The notes under the pieces are model-generated. The model was not told the origin of the DNA and did not search any database. It worked only from the letters and a program-made list of their open reading frames with translations. 64,000 bases of DNA from a virus. Lineage: Duplodnaviria; Heunggongvirae; Uroviricota; Caudoviricetes. The translations under genes and the position numbers were made by a program. The stretch lies in IMG/VR virus record IMGVR_UViG_3300045538_000409; one strand, 5' to 3'. Each line of letters opens with the position of its first letter. The first letter of the stretch is position 1. Shown piece by piece: positions 53,279 to 62,984 of this stretch.

Positions 53279-53351
53279 TGCCATGTAGTGTAACGGTAGC
53301 ACACAACTCTTTGACAGTTGTAGTCTTTGGGTTCAAATCCCAGCATGGTAA
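53279..53351 (+). tRNA. tRNA-Gln (anticodon TTG)
   Basis: Acceptor TGCCATG/CATGGTA (U1-A72 as in E. coli tRNA-Gln). D-arm GTGT-AACGGTA-GCAC. Anticodon arm CAACT-CTTTGAC-AGTTG. T-arm TTGGG-TTCAAAT-CCCAG. Confidence 0.75.
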
Positions 53352-53433
53352 CATTAGTACGGTTTAAGCTGAAATAAACCGCTCATTAATTTGAGTCCCA
53401 AGGGAGGTTGGGGAATAAAAGCTTATCCACAAA

Positions 53434-53503
53434 CGGGAGTATCGTCAGGGTACTGGGCGGCTCTGTAAAAGCACCCCTTGGAGGTTCGATTCCTCCTGCT
53501 CCC
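53434..53503 (+). tRNA. short tRNA-like element (70 nt), anticodon undetermined
   Basis: Acceptor GGGAGTA/TGCTCCC (one G-U). Canonical T-arm GGAGG-TTCGATT-CCTCC. D/anticodon region GTCAGGGTACTGGGCGGCTCTGTAAAAGCACCCC is not foldable canonically. Two hairpins precede it (53362-53384, 53393-53410). Confidence 0.35.
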
Positions 53504-53687
53504 ACTCTAGGACGTTTTTTGCACAATATTAAATAATTAACAAAAAGCAAACTAATAGTTTATTAATTAGAACTAAAATAAACCATTTAAAATAAATTAT
53601 TATGAAAAATTTAATTAAATTAAAACGAAAATTTAAACCCTAAAACACTCGACTAACAAGTTACGGGTGTTATTAGGAAAACTATAT

Positions 53688-53760
53688 GCATCTGTAGCTC
53701 AATTGGTGGAGCCATCGACTTTTAATCGATAGGTTGCGAGTTCGAACCTCGCCAGATGCA
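53688..53760 (+). tRNA. tRNA-Lys (anticodon TTT)
   Basis: Perfect cloverleaf: GCATCTG-TA-GCTC-AATTGGTG-GAGC-C-ATCGA-CTTTTAA-TCGAT-AGGTT-GCGAG-TTCGAAC-CTCGC-CAGATGC-A. Confidence 0.9.
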
Positions 53761-53788
53761 CATAAGGACGTTCACTAAGTATTTATAA

Positions 53789-54181
53789 TTAGAATTTATT
53801 GTGACAGAATTTTGGTCTTAATACTAGCTCTATATTTTGGTTTTCATAATTATCAAATGAAAATAGACCAAAATTAGCATAAATAACCTCAGACACACCG
53901 ATTACCCATTCACCAACAATTACACCAGTTGGGTCTAAGTCTTGAATAACAAAATTAAATAATAGTCCATCAAGTGGTAGTTCATTTACCATTTGATAAA
54001 CCCCATGTTCTGGTGAAGGACTAATTATGTTACGAAATTTAATTTTAAAATCATCCCATTTACCATTAATAAATTTTGGCTTATTAATTTCAGTTATTAC
54101 ATATTCCTGAATATTGTACTTTGATGGGAACTTAACAATGCATCTATTATTTTTCTTAGGTTCAAAATCTATTACCTCCAT
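53789..54181 (-). CDS. hypothetical protein (minus strand)
   Basis: 130-aa ORF downstream of the tRNA cluster. Confidence 0.45.
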   Translation of the reverse strand: MEVIDFEPKKNNRCIVKFPSKYNIQEYVITEINKPKFINGKWDDFKIKFRNIISPSPEHGVYQMVNELPLDGLLFNFVIQDLDPTGVIVGEWVIGVSEVIYANFGLFSFDNYENQNIELVLRPKFCHNKF

Positions 54182-54289
54182 AAAACTGTTTTAATATAAA
54201 TATAAATTTTTTAAAAAAAGTTTCATAAAAATTTGCATTATCCAATCTTTATTAGTAATTTTGATTTTATAATTAAAAACTAAATAAAT

Positions 54290-54544
54290 ATGAAGAACAC
54301 AATATTAATCGACATGGACACTGACCGAGAAGAGGTTGTTAAGTTTTCCAAACCAGAGCAGTCATTAGATTTAGAGAATGAAGAGGTTGCGAGGGAAATG
54401 GTGTTAAATGATTTGACAACATTATGTAACGCACTTGGTACGCTTATACATTTAGCACATCATAACAATTATTTATCTTCGGATAAGTCATGTAAATTAT
54501 GTATAGATTTTTTAAATGCTAATTTCAACACTAAAGATGAATAA
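54290..54544 (+). CDS. hypothetical protein
   Basis: 84-aa ORF. Confidence 0.4.
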   Translation: MKNTILIDMDTDREEVVKFSKPEQSLDLENEEVAREMVLNDLTTLCNALGTLIHLAHHNNYLSSDKSCKLCIDFLNANFNTKDE

Positions 54545-54562
54545 TATAATATTTATTAACAC

Positions 54563-54880
54563 ATGGCAGCTAGAAAACCAAAAAAAACTCTAACATCAAA
54601 ACCTAATGTTATTAAAAAAAATACAGGTACTAAAAAGGTTCCACCTAAAAACCCAATAATAAATAAACCAGTAGTTAATTCATCACCAGTTAGTACACCA
54701 GTAAGAAAAAAAACTGAAGTTATTAAGAAAAATGAGTATGAATATGTAAAGGTACCTGGCAATGCTAAAGAAAACCGATTTAACGAGATTGGTCAAAAGG
54801 TGCAAAGCGGTGAATTACAATGGGCATATTATGCAATTGAAAATGATATTGGTTATCATTTTTACAGAAAATTAAAGTAG
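54563..54880 (+). CDS. hypothetical basic protein
   Basis: 105-aa ORF with a K/P-rich N-terminus. Confidence 0.4.
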   Translation: MAARKPKKTLTSKPNVIKKNTGTKKVPPKNPIINKPVVNSSPVSTPVRKKTEVIKKNEYEYVKVPGNAKENRFNEIGQKVQSGELQWAYYAIENDIGYHFYRKLK

Positions 54881-54922
54881 TTTTAAATATTAAAAAAGTT
54901 TCACTAATTAAAATTAAATAAG

Positions 54923-55324
54923 ATGAGTTTAATCGAACAAATTAATCAAGATTTCATGATAGCTTATAAGGCTAAAGAAATGCAAAAGAAAGACTTCTTA
55001 GGTGTCTTAAAAACTGAAGTTACTAAAGAAACAAAAATTCCTGAGGACACTTATATTGTTTCAAAAATTAAATCAATGATTAAGAATGCTGCAGCAACGA
55101 ATTCACTTACTGAGGATGAGTTAAGTATATTAAATAAGTACTTGCCAGCACAAATGGGTGAAGAAACCTTAAGACAAATTATTAATGAACAGGTAATCAA
55201 TAATGGTTATTCTGACATGAAAGATATGGGTAAAATCATGGGATACTTAAAGAATAACTATGATGGTCAATATGATGGTGGTTTAGTTTCAAAATTAATA
55301 AAGGAAATATTAACAAATAAATAA
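54923..55324 (+). CDS. GatB/YqeY-domain protein
   Basis: MSLIEQINQDFMIAYKAKE...LKTEV...LNKYLPAQMGEETLRQIINE...MKDMGKIMGYLK...GGLVSKLIKE is collinear with the YqeY family (MSLKEQL..DMK.AMKAKD..EEYLP.QLSEEEL...MKDMGKVM...DGKLVSALVKEKL). Confidence 0.75.
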   Translation: MSLIEQINQDFMIAYKAKEMQKKDFLGVLKTEVTKETKIPEDTYIVSKIKSMIKNAAATNSLTEDELSILNKYLPAQMGEETLRQIINEQVINNGYSDMKDMGKIMGYLKNNYDGQYDGGLVSKLIKEILTNK

Positions 55325-55332
55325 TTTAAAAA

Positions 55333-55521
55333 TTGAATAGTATGGCAAGCATGAAAAAAGTTTACGAAGAGGCTAATGTGTTAATTAACACCGTTGGTGT
55401 TGCTAAGGCTAAAGAAGAAATACAAGATATCATAAGATATACTAAGAATTCAGTTAAAAAAGCTTTTTGGGGTGAAATATTGGAAAGTTATTTACCAAAA
55501 TTTGAAAATATAAAAAATTAA
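55333..55521 (+). CDS. hypothetical protein
   Basis: 62-aa ORF. Confidence 0.4.
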   Translation: MNSMASMKKVYEEANVLINTVGVAKAKEEIQDIIRYTKNSVKKAFWGEILESYLPKFENIKN

Positions 55522-55560
55522 TTTATGACATAGATTAATAGTTTTAAAAATATAAATTAT

Positions 55561-55797
55561 ATGAACGAAAAAGCGGAATTTGCGGTTAAAGTGCTTAAAC
55601 GATACGCACATGAAAACCAAGTGCCAGCAAGAAGTACTAGTGACTTATCTCCAATGGAGCAATGGTTAATATTACGCCTACTTGCTTTTACCAATTCATT
55701 ACCAGATTACGATGAAATATATCAAAAGGCAAAAGAACTTGATGAAAATGACTTTGCTCAATGGATGTATGAAAGTTTAAAAGATAATTTTTTATGA
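55561..55797 (+). CDS. hypothetical protein
   Basis: 78-aa ORF. Confidence 0.4.
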   Translation: MNEKAEFAVKVLKRYAHENQVPARSTSDLSPMEQWLILRLLAFTNSLPDYDEIYQKAKELDENDFAQWMYESLKDNFL

Positions 55798-56054
55798 TAA
55801 CATTAGAAGATTTAAAAGCAGAGGTAGAGCCATATAAAAACACATTAGTAATAGATGATTTTGACACAGTTGTACGATTGGTTGATGTTATTGATGGTGA
55901 TGATGATTATTATTGGGTATTTGAATCAAGGAATAGAACATATTATTCTTCTTGCGTGGGTGGATGGATACCATTAAAAGGATTCATAGAACAAGAAAAG
56001 TACGATAGAATGGTTCGTATATGGAATTTAAATAATATTAATAAGGCAGTTTAA
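55794..56054 (+). CDS. hypothetical protein
   Basis: 86-aa ORF. Confidence 0.4.
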   Translation: MITLEDLKAEVEPYKNTLVIDDFDTVVRLVDVIDGDDDYYWVFESRNRTYYSSCVGGWIPLKGFIEQEKYDRMVRIWNLNNINKAV

Positions 56055-56235
56055 TTTTATAAATTTGATGTTAGTTATAAAATACCTTATAACATCCGCA
56101 GGTAGGTGATGTGGTGGAATTTGGAACACAAAAATATACGTAAATACTGAACTTGATTTAATAACAAACTTAAATATTAAATATAAACCTTAATAGGGTA
56201 TTTCATATATACCTTATTAGTAACAGTTACTTATT

Positions 56236-56427
56236 ATGAAACGAGAATATAAAGTTAGATTTTTTCAAGACAATACTTATGAGGTTATAGAAATTATAAC
56301 AACATACGGAGAACGAACAAGTGCTTATGATAGTGAACCTAACACGGTGGAAGAAAATAATGTATATCAAGGTGGATTAGCAGATTGTGAAGCTTACATT
56401 CGATTACATGAAGGCGGTTACATGTAA
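56236..56427 (+). CDS. hypothetical protein
   Basis: 63-aa ORF. Confidence 0.4.
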   Translation: MKREYKVRFFQDNTYEVIEIITTYGERTSAYDSEPNTVEENNVYQGGLADCEAYIRLHEGGYM

Positions 56428-56596
56428 TTGTTGCTAACGGTTGCAAATATATTGTCGTTTTAATGCAATATATTTGATGTTATGCTCTCGTGCCGAATTA
56501 TTAACCGATAATGTTTATTTGAAACACGAAAGAAAAACAAAAAGAATTTTGGGTGGATATTTTAAATTTGGATATTTATATATAAACATAAAAACT

Positions 56597-57166
56597 ATGA
56601 GTGAAGATATACGAAAAATGATTGATAAAGTTAAGAATTTTAAGCAGTTTGTTAATGAAAATCAATACCAAGATAATGCTTTGGATAAAATCAATAAACT
56701 TGGAGGATTTAAAAATTTACCAGATATTGATAAATTAGCATTATTATCTGATTCCGATAAATATGAAGAATTAAAAAAATTAAATTTAAGTAATATTTAC
56801 AAAGATAACGGTGGCACTTTTGGTAGATTTAACATAAAAATAATGGTTAAACCATTAAAAGAACAACCAATCGACCATAGATTTAGTAAAGAGTTTCAAA
56901 ATAAAATAGGATGGCTATATCCTTATATCGATTATGACGATAGCGGTAATGGATATGTTACTGTTAGATTTGATGAATATATACCAGATAATAAGATGAA
57001 AGGTGGTGGTATTTACACTGAAAGACCTATTATGCTTAAAAATATATTTCCAATTGCTATAACTGATGTTAAATCTGAATTTAAGGATTATGATAAAAGA
57101 ATTGATGTAGATAGGAACGATTTTTTAAATAGATTAGGTTTTGATTCTAACGAATTTAATTGGTAA
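56597..57166 (+). CDS. hypothetical protein
   Basis: Track ORF 56441..57166. Internal start MSEDIRK chosen. Confidence 0.45.
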   Translation: MSEDIRKMIDKVKNFKQFVNENQYQDNALDKINKLGGFKNLPDIDKLALLSDSDKYEELKKLNLSNIYKDNGGTFGRFNIKIMVKPLKEQPIDHRFSKEFQNKIGWLYPYIDYDDSGNGYVTVRFDEYIPDNKMKGGGIYTERPIMLKNIFPIAITDVKSEFKDYDKRIDVDRNDFLNRLGFDSNEFNW

Positions 57167-57395
57167 ACTATGTTAGGTAATTCTTTTTGTTTTTCATCAC
57201 AAATGTTAAATCGAAGAACTGAATTAAGACATGGAGCATAACGTATGCAAATATAAAACGTTTTAAACAGAACTTAAATAGAATGAATAAACTTGACAAT
57301 TATTATAAACTTTATTTTGAAAAACGAATAAAATGTTTTATATTTGTTGTTATAAGTATGTAAAACAAAAAATATACAATTAAAAAATAAATATA

Positions 57396-57570
57396 TGGAC
57401 GAAGAACAAAAAAAATCTGAAGAAATATTCATACTGATGAATATAGGTAAAATGACAGTGACAGAAATAAACACATTAACAGATAAAGAAAGATTTTTTT
57501 TATCTAAATGGTTTATGGAAAAGTTAAAAAACGAAGAACAAATGTATAAGGAACGATTTAAAAAATCATA
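57396..57570 (+). CDS. hypothetical small protein
   Basis: 58-aa ORF not in the track, downstream of TTGACA and a TATATTTG motif. Confidence 0.35.
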
Positions 57571-57585
57571 ATTTTTATTTTATTA

Positions 57586-57676
57586 CTTATAACGCTTGGT
57601 AGCTAACAGAAGTGGCTGCTTGTAAGAACTTCTGAATTTAAAACAAATGCTTGTAGCAGCCATTTTTGTTAGGTGC
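57586..57676. repeat. intergenic inverted-repeat element E1 (YTAACGKT-family); ~90% identical copy at 59832..59930
   Basis: Ends CTTATAACGCTTGGTAGCTAACA ... TGTTAGGTGCTGTTATAAG. Internal hairpin CAGAAGT/ACTTCTG with GGCTGCT...AGCAGCC. Confidence 0.6.
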
Positions 57677-57704
57677 TGTTATAAGCTGTAAAAAATTACA
57701 TGCA

Positions 57705-57929
57705 ATGGCTTTATTAAAAGGAGAACAAATTAAAATTGATACACCAACCTTGAAGAAAATGGTTGGTACTAAAGTTGAATATCTACTTGAAAGAGATATT
57801 GACAAAAGTGGACGTGGTTATTTTAGCCCTAAATACGGTATAATCACTGAGGTAATAAGAAGACAAGTAGATTTAGGCAATGGATGTCATGAGCCATTTT
57901 CTTCAATTCGTGAGATGGTGTTGCGGTAA
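57705..57929 (+). CDS. hypothetical protein
   Basis: Track ORF 57666..57929. The internal start MALLKGE avoids the inverted-repeat element E1. Confidence 0.4.
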   Translation: MALLKGEQIKIDTPTLKKMVGTKVEYLLERDIDKSGRGYFSPKYGIITEVIRRQVDLGNGCHEPFSSIREMVLR

Positions 57930-58011
57930 TTTTTTATTGCTTATAACGGTTCTCGGATATATCTTAGTTCCGATTTTAATAAATAATTAAAAACTTTAAA
58001 TAAATAGAAAA

Positions 58012-58233
58012 ATGTCAGAAAACGAAAACACTTTATTAGGACACGTATCGGAATTAGATATATCCGATGTTATGAAACGTGCTTACTTCTTAATTCCAGA
58101 TGGAGAAGCTACTTTTGCTTATTATAGTACAAAGGCTTATTACAACGAAGAAGGTTGGTATATGTATGATGTAGATAACATAAGACAGTTCTTACCCGAA
58201 AGTTGGTTAGTACTTCAAAAGCATGTTTCATAA
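58012..58233 (+). CDS. hypothetical protein
   Basis: 73-aa ORF. The stop lies in the CATAACGTTACG palindrome. Confidence 0.4.
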   Translation: MSENENTLLGHVSELDISDVMKRAYFLIPDGEATFAYYSTKAYYNEEGWYMYDVDNIRQFLPESWLVLQKHVS

Positions 58234-58260
58234 CGTTACGCAAATAAATACAGTACGATT

Positions 58261-58539
58261 ATGAAAGCAACAGATTATTTTAAGCACAAAGTTGAAAGCG
58301 GAGAGATGACATCCGAAGAAGCACTAAAGCAAGTATTGGATTTATTTGATGTTAGCGGCAGTTTTATTGATACTTTGATTGAAAAATATACGGAACAAAA
58401 AAAGTTGGCTATTAAAAACGCACAACAATTTAAAGACCATCCAAAATATGAATGGTATGATGCAACTTTCAATAACACATTACTTTTTTTGTGGGACTTG
58501 GAAGATATAAAATGTAGAAGTGGTATGTCTGATGACTAA
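58261..58539 (+). CDS. hypothetical protein
   Basis: 92-aa ORF. Confidence 0.4.
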   Translation: MKATDYFKHKVESGEMTSEEALKQVLDLFDVSGSFIDTLIEKYTEQKKLAIKNAQQFKDHPKYEWYDATFNNTLLFLWDLEDIKCRSGMSDD

Positions 58540-58543
58540 ATTG

Positions 58544-58640
58544 CCACTAACGTGTTGTGTATGAGCAGTGGCACTTGTACACACTTTCAAATTAGCTACA
58601 TCGCTTGTGTGCCATTGCTTATACACGGTGTTAGGTGCAG
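58544..58640. repeat. intergenic inverted-repeat element (YTAACGKT-family)
   Basis: CCACTAACGTGTTGTGTATGAGCAGTGGCAC ... GTGCCATTGCTTATACACGGTGTTAGGTGCAG, imperfect ~35-bp arms. Confidence 0.5.
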
Positions 58641-58672
58641 TATTTTATTGATTATTAATTAAATATATAAAT

Positions 58673-59158
58673 ATGAAAACAAAAATTATTTCAGCATTCC
58701 CTGGTACAGGGAAAAGTGTTTATCACTCAAAACACAAAGAAACTACATTAGATAGTGATTCATCTAATTTTAGTTGGATTATTGATGAAAATGGGAATAA
58801 GGTAAGAAACCCTGAATTTCCAAAAAATTACATAGACCATATTAAAGAAAATATTGGTAAATATGAGTTTATATTTGTTTCATCACATAAAGAAGTTAGA
58901 GATGCGTTATTTGAAAACTGCATTTTCTTTTATTTGGTTTATCCAGACGATAGACGAAAAGATGAATTTATTGAACGCTATAAGAACAGAGGTAATAATG
59001 AAAAATTCATTGAATTAGTTTCAAATAAATGGGATGATTGGATGAAAGAAATTTGGTTTTTACCTGATGGTTGTAAGCATATCAATATGGTTTTAGATAA
59101 TCTTGAAGATGAAATAAGACATTTAAAAGCTGTTGAACATGGCGAGGTTGATTCTTAA
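58673..59158 (+). CDS. P-loop NTPase-like protein
   Basis: Walker A-like SAFPGTGKSV near the N-terminus. Confidence 0.5.
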   Translation: MKTKIISAFPGTGKSVYHSKHKETTLDSDSSNFSWIIDENGNKVRNPEFPKNYIDHIKENIGKYEFIFVSSHKEVRDALFENCIFFYLVYPDDRRKDEFIERYKNRGNNEKFIELVSNKWDDWMKEIWFLPDGCKHINMVLDNLEDEIRHLKAVEHGEVDS

Positions 59159-59165
59159 TATTGCA

Positions 59166-59258
59166 CCTAACGGTTGGGTATATGTGAAGTACCTTACCAC
59201 AGAACTTTAAAATTTAGTAGAAACTTTATGATGTATTTCACATATACCTTGTTATAAA
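59166..59258. repeat. intergenic inverted-repeat element (YTAACGKT-family)
   Basis: CCTAACGGTTGGGTATATGTGAAGTAC ... GTATTTCACATATACCTTGTTATAAAC. Confidence 0.55.
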
Positions 59259-59446
59259 CATGTAAAATTATGAGATTAAAATTACCTAAATTGGGTGAAA
59301 CACGAAACATAAAAAAATTTGCATTTTTACCAATAAAAGCAAAAAACTTAAATATAGATAGATATGAAATAAGATGGTTTTGTTTCGTGTTTATTCATCA
59401 AAGATATGCACATGAATGGTTAAATGAATATTTTATAGATAAATAA

Positions 59447-59598
59447 TTTTATTGTGTATAACGTTTTGCGTGTATAAGAAGTGGTGGATTAGAACCCAGA
59501 AACTTTCAGTAAACGCAGAACTTAATTAGAATTACAAAACTTTAAATTAATCGAGAACCCGCCATTTTTTATACACGCTGTTAGTGGCTGGGCTTTTC
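59447..59598. repeat. intergenic inverted-repeat element (YTAACGKT-family)
   Basis: TATAACGTTTTGCGTGTATAAGAAGTGG ... CCATTTTTTATACACGCTGTTAGTGG. Confidence 0.5.
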
Positions 59599-59826
59599 AT
59601 AAAACTAAATAAAATGTTTAACAACAATCAAATTCAAAAAGTAGAGATAGACCAAGAGAAGAAAAAACTTTATGTCTATTACATTCAGGACAACTCACAT
59701 TTAATGAGCAATCCGCCACCACCTCCAAGTTATTACAGAGAAGTTTTTTCTTTCGATAATTTGGAATTTATTGAAAAGGAATACGCAAAAGTAGAGCGTA
59801 GTTTTGAAAAGGTAACGTGGTCATAG
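59584..59826 (+). CDS. hypothetical protein
   Basis: 80-aa ORF. Confidence 0.4.
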   Translation: MAGLFIKLNKMFNNNQIQKVEIDQEKKKLYVYYIQDNSHLMSNPPPPPSYYREVFSFDNLEFIEKEYAKVERSFEKVTWS

Positions 59827-59831
59827 CCTTG

Positions 59832-59930
59832 CCACTAACGTTTTGCAGCTAACAGAAGTGGCTACTTGTAAGAACTTCTGAATTAAAAACAAATGCTTAT
59901 GCAGCCATTTTTGTTAGGTGCTGTTATAGG
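59832..59930. repeat. intergenic inverted-repeat element E2 (copy of E1)
   Basis: CCACTAACGTTTTGCAGCTAACAGAAGTGGCTACTTGTAAGAACTTCTGAATTAAAAACAAATGCTTATGCAGCCATTTTTGTTAGGTGCTGTTATAGG aligns with E1 with ~10 differences. Confidence 0.6.
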
Positions 59931-59948
59931 TTGTAAAATTTACGGATT

Positions 59949-60191
59949 ATGAAAGTAACAGATTTTATTGGAGTGAAAGTCAAATACGATGAAGATGGAC
60001 AATTTATTTGGGGAATTGAAAAGGATGGAGGACATCAAAAACTTGCTGATTTAAGAGGTTGGGGAGCAATTCAAAACTTATTCATCAATAAGGATAAATC
60101 AATTGATTTAGATGCAGCAGCAAGTTTTCAAGATGAATTTGGTAGATGGATTGTCGAAGCTATAAACGAGAAATTGGAACGGGAACGGTAA
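59949..60191 (+). CDS. hypothetical protein
   Basis: 80-aa ORF. Confidence 0.4.
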   Translation: MKVTDFIGVKVKYDEDGQFIWGIEKDGGHQKLADLRGWGAIQNLFINKDKSIDLDAAASFQDEFGRWIVEAINEKLERER

Positions 60192-60296
60192 GTAAATTTT
60201 ATTACCTATAACGTTTCGCAGCTATATTTAGTTGCGGATTTTGAAACAAAAAACTTTAAATTAAGAATAAATTGTCAAACTTAAAAAATACATAAA

Positions 60297-61079
60297 ATGG
60301 AATTAGTCTTTTTATCAAATGGCCAAGCCTGTTACCTAAAAGAAAAAATAGGCGGTAAATATATAGTAAACAAAGTGTTTAAGTACGAAGATGAAGAAAA
60401 TGGGTGGCAAGATGTACAAGATGCAAATGATATTGTAGTTGATGCTGTATTTAACAAACCACCTATTGAAAAAATAGATGCTGAAATTAAAGAATTACAA
60501 CTTAAAAAGAAGCAAACTCTTTCTGAAATTTCAGAACTTGAAAGTAAAAAGCGCACAGTTAAAAACGAAGTTGAGCAAATAACTAAAACACAAGTTTCTA
60601 ATAGCAAATTTATAATTAACAGAAGTGATTTGATAAATGCTAAAACTTTGGCTTTATTTATGAAAGACCGCCCATTACCAAAACTAATGGATAATAGTAA
60701 CAAATCTTTTAGAGGTTTAAAAGTTTGTTTAACTGTTGAAATATCTACTGGACTTGAAAGAAGCTGGGCTTATAGCTTGTATTATGATTATGAAGGAAGT
60801 AGCGATTACCTGTGTGAAAAATACGGCATATTAATAAACCCAACACAAGAAGAAATAGATACTATTATAGTTAAAAGGCTTTCAGAGTTTAAATTTAGCG
60901 ACCATTGGATAAAAAGTGTTGATGACAAATATTTGACAGCAGAACAATTGAAACAAAAAAATGAATATTTAGAAAGTGAAAGAGTTAAAGAAAAGGCAAA
61001 ATTAGAAAAACAGATATTGGAAACGCAGGAAAAACTTTCAAAGTTGCAGAGTGCTAACGATTGCCTGTATGTAAAATAA
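60297..61079 (+). CDS. hypothetical coiled-coil protein
   Basis: 260-aa ORF. Confidence 0.45.
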   Translation: MELVFLSNGQACYLKEKIGGKYIVNKVFKYEDEENGWQDVQDANDIVVDAVFNKPPIEKIDAEIKELQLKKKQTLSEISELESKKRTVKNEVEQITKTQVSNSKFIINRSDLINAKTLALFMKDRPLPKLMDNSNKSFRGLKVCLTVEISTGLERSWAYSLYYDYEGSSDYLCEKYGILINPTQEEIDTIIVKRLSEFKFSDHWIKSVDDKYLTAEQLKQKNEYLESERVKEKAKLEKQILETQEKLSKLQSANDCLYVK

Positions 61080-61090
61080 AAAAATAAATT

Positions 61091-61396
61091 ATGAATACAG
61101 TAGAAAATACCACTTGCACAAAACCAATGTTAGCAGAAGTTTTTGTTGGTTCAATTTCAGAAATACGAGAATTTTTTAATCGTAAATGGTGTAGAATGCA
61201 TAAGATTGATGAAAGCAAGTGGAAACATATTGCACCATCATCAATAGATGGATTGAAGATTAAAAACATAGAAAGTGGTTTTGAAATGTCTTTTTGGGCA
61301 GGTAGTTCGGGAACAAATAATATGGCAATAGATAGTAAAGGTGGATGTCACGATTTGTCATTTCATAGTAGTTACACGTTTGAGGTAGTCGTTTAA
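61091..61396 (+). CDS. hypothetical protein
   Basis: 101-aa ORF. Confidence 0.4.
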   Translation: MNTVENTTCTKPMLAEVFVGSISEIREFFNRKWCRMHKIDESKWKHIAPSSIDGLKIKNIESGFEMSFWAGSSGTNNMAIDSKGGCHDLSFHSSYTFEVVV

Positions 61397-61402
61397 CATT
61401 TC

Positions 61403-61496
61403 TGCTAACGGTTGGCAATATATGTAGTTGTCTTGCACGAACTTATCAATTTAGTATAAACCTTAATAGGCAATTACATATATTGCTTGTTAGCAA
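61403..61496. repeat. intergenic inverted-repeat element (YTAACGKT-family), near-perfect 25-bp arms
   Basis: TTGCTAACGGTTGGCAATATATGTA ... TACATATATTGCTTGTTAGCAA. Confidence 0.6.
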
Positions 61497-61794
61497 ACGT
61501 TCCTTTATGAGTGATATTATTAAAAAGTTAGAAGAAAATCAGTTTCAAACAGTAAAAAAATCAAATGTAAAATGTCCAATATGTAATGGTGATTTATATA
61601 CAGTTGATAATTGGATGATGATAGTTATGGATGGTAATACTGTTTATCATTGCGAAAATGTTGAAGAACATAAATTTTGGAATCATCCGTTTGAAGATAG
61701 AAATATTTTACATTTGAACAAAAATGCAAGTGAAACTGATTGGACATCTGAACAAGACTATAGATTAGTAGACGGTTCTTGGTATGTTTGCTAA
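61483..61794 (+). CDS. hypothetical zinc-ribbon protein
   Basis: CPICNG...HCEN motif. The stop lies in GCTAACGG. Confidence 0.4.
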   Translation: MLVSKRSFMSDIIKKLEENQFQTVKKSNVKCPICNGDLYTVDNWMMIVMDGNTVYHCENVEEHKFWNHPFEDRNILHLNKNASETDWTSEQDYRLVDGSWYVC

Positions 61795-61822
61795 CGGATA
61801 ACAAATAAAAGAAGTAAAATAC

Positions 61823-62029
61823 ATGAAAGAACTAATATTAAAAATAGCAAAAGAACTTGAAGAAGGTACTATAACTGAAACTGAATCACAAACACTTTTA
61901 TTACGTTTATTTGGTGTTATAAAACCGTTTGTTTGTGATAAACATCCAAACGCAAATACATATACTAGTACTACTGGTAAAATATGTTGTATAAAATGTA
62001 TATTTGATTCACAAACTAATGTTTTATAA
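61823..62029 (+). CDS. hypothetical protein
   Basis: 68-aa ORF. Confidence 0.4.
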   Translation: MKELILKIAKELEEGTITETESQTLLLRLFGVIKPFVCDKHPNANTYTSTTGKICCIKCIFDSQTNVL

Positions 62030-62118
62030 CGTTTTGCGTATATGAGAAGTGGCACTTGTAGAATGTTATAATTTAGCACAAATGCTTCTGTACCATTTCT
62101 TATATACGCTGTTAGCAG
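62025..62118. repeat. intergenic inverted-repeat element (YTAACGKT-family)
   Basis: TATAACGTTTTGCGTATATGAGAAG ... CTTATATACGCTGTTAGCAG. Confidence 0.55.
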
Positions 62119-62306
62119 TAGTACGGATTATTAACAAATAAATTAAATAAAATGAAAAAATTATTGTACTTATTATTAAAGAAAGATATGATTAAGAAGT
62201 TGAGTAAAAAACACGGAACTCAATTTGTTGATGATGTTATGTCAACTTTTGGAATGCCAACTGATACAACTAATGAATATTTAAACTCACTAAAACAAAC
62301 AGAAAA

Positions 62307-62531
62307 ATGCGAATCTATCAATTAAAAACAGCAAAAGAATTTTTAGATTATTTCAAAGATTCTAATTTAAGTCAAGAACAATTGATGCATATGTACGCAG
62401 AAGATGTAGCAAAAAGATTTGCTGCTGAATGTGTAAACGAAGCACTTGGAAATAAAATGGAAGTATCAAACTCTTTACATCACGCAATTGAAGGTAAGTA
62501 TAGAAGTATTATTTGGAATAACGAGGGTTAG
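62307..62531 (+). CDS. hypothetical protein
   Basis: 74-aa ORF. A 56-aa ORF at 62153..62323 partly overlaps upstream. Confidence 0.35.
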   Translation: MRIYQLKTAKEFLDYFKDSNLSQEQLMHMYAEDVAKRFAAECVNEALGNKMEVSNSLHHAIEGKYRSIIWNNEG

Positions 62532-62803
62532 TATTACTGCTAACGGTCTCAGGTATATACAGTTACATAAATAACAGATAAACTTAATTAAAAGAGATAA
62601 GATATGAAAAACAAGAAAAGTAAATTAAAAGAACAACAGGAGCAATTGGATATACCTGTTGTTAGCAAACGTAAACCTGAACCACCTAAACCACCAAAAG
62701 ACAGAGAGGTTCATTTAGGTGGATTTAGTAGACATAAACGAGCTTGATTTATGTTTGCTAACATCTCGGTTTACGCAGTTCAAAAAATAAAAAAACCCAC
62801 TTA

Positions 62804-62838
62804 GATGGAGCGAATATCTAAGTGGGTTAACAAGCAGC
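62804..62838 (-). terminator. hairpin with U-tract only on the minus strand
   Basis: AACCCACTTAGAT...ATCTAAGTGGGTT. An A-run precedes it on + (a T-run on minus) and no T-run follows on +. Confidence 0.4.
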
Positions 62839-62984
62839 CGAAGCTATATACGGTCCTAAACGTATATTATTTTTTCAAAAAATTAACAACTTTCATTGGG
62901 TTTACATCTTTATATTTCATTATAAATGAGGGTAAATCTTTCACTTTTTTTGATATGTAAGATATTAATTCAGAAGATTTAAAG

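Noticed and set aside
53091-53346. Track ORFs 53091..53288(+) and 53107..53346(-)
   Set aside because: They cover the tRNA-Gly/Thr/Gln cluster and are artefacts.
57586-62865. CRISPR array interpretation of the repeated intergenic elements
   Set aside because: Elements are not identical direct repeats, vary in length (13 to ~150 nt), and are individually palindromic with genes in between. There is no repeat-spacer periodicity.
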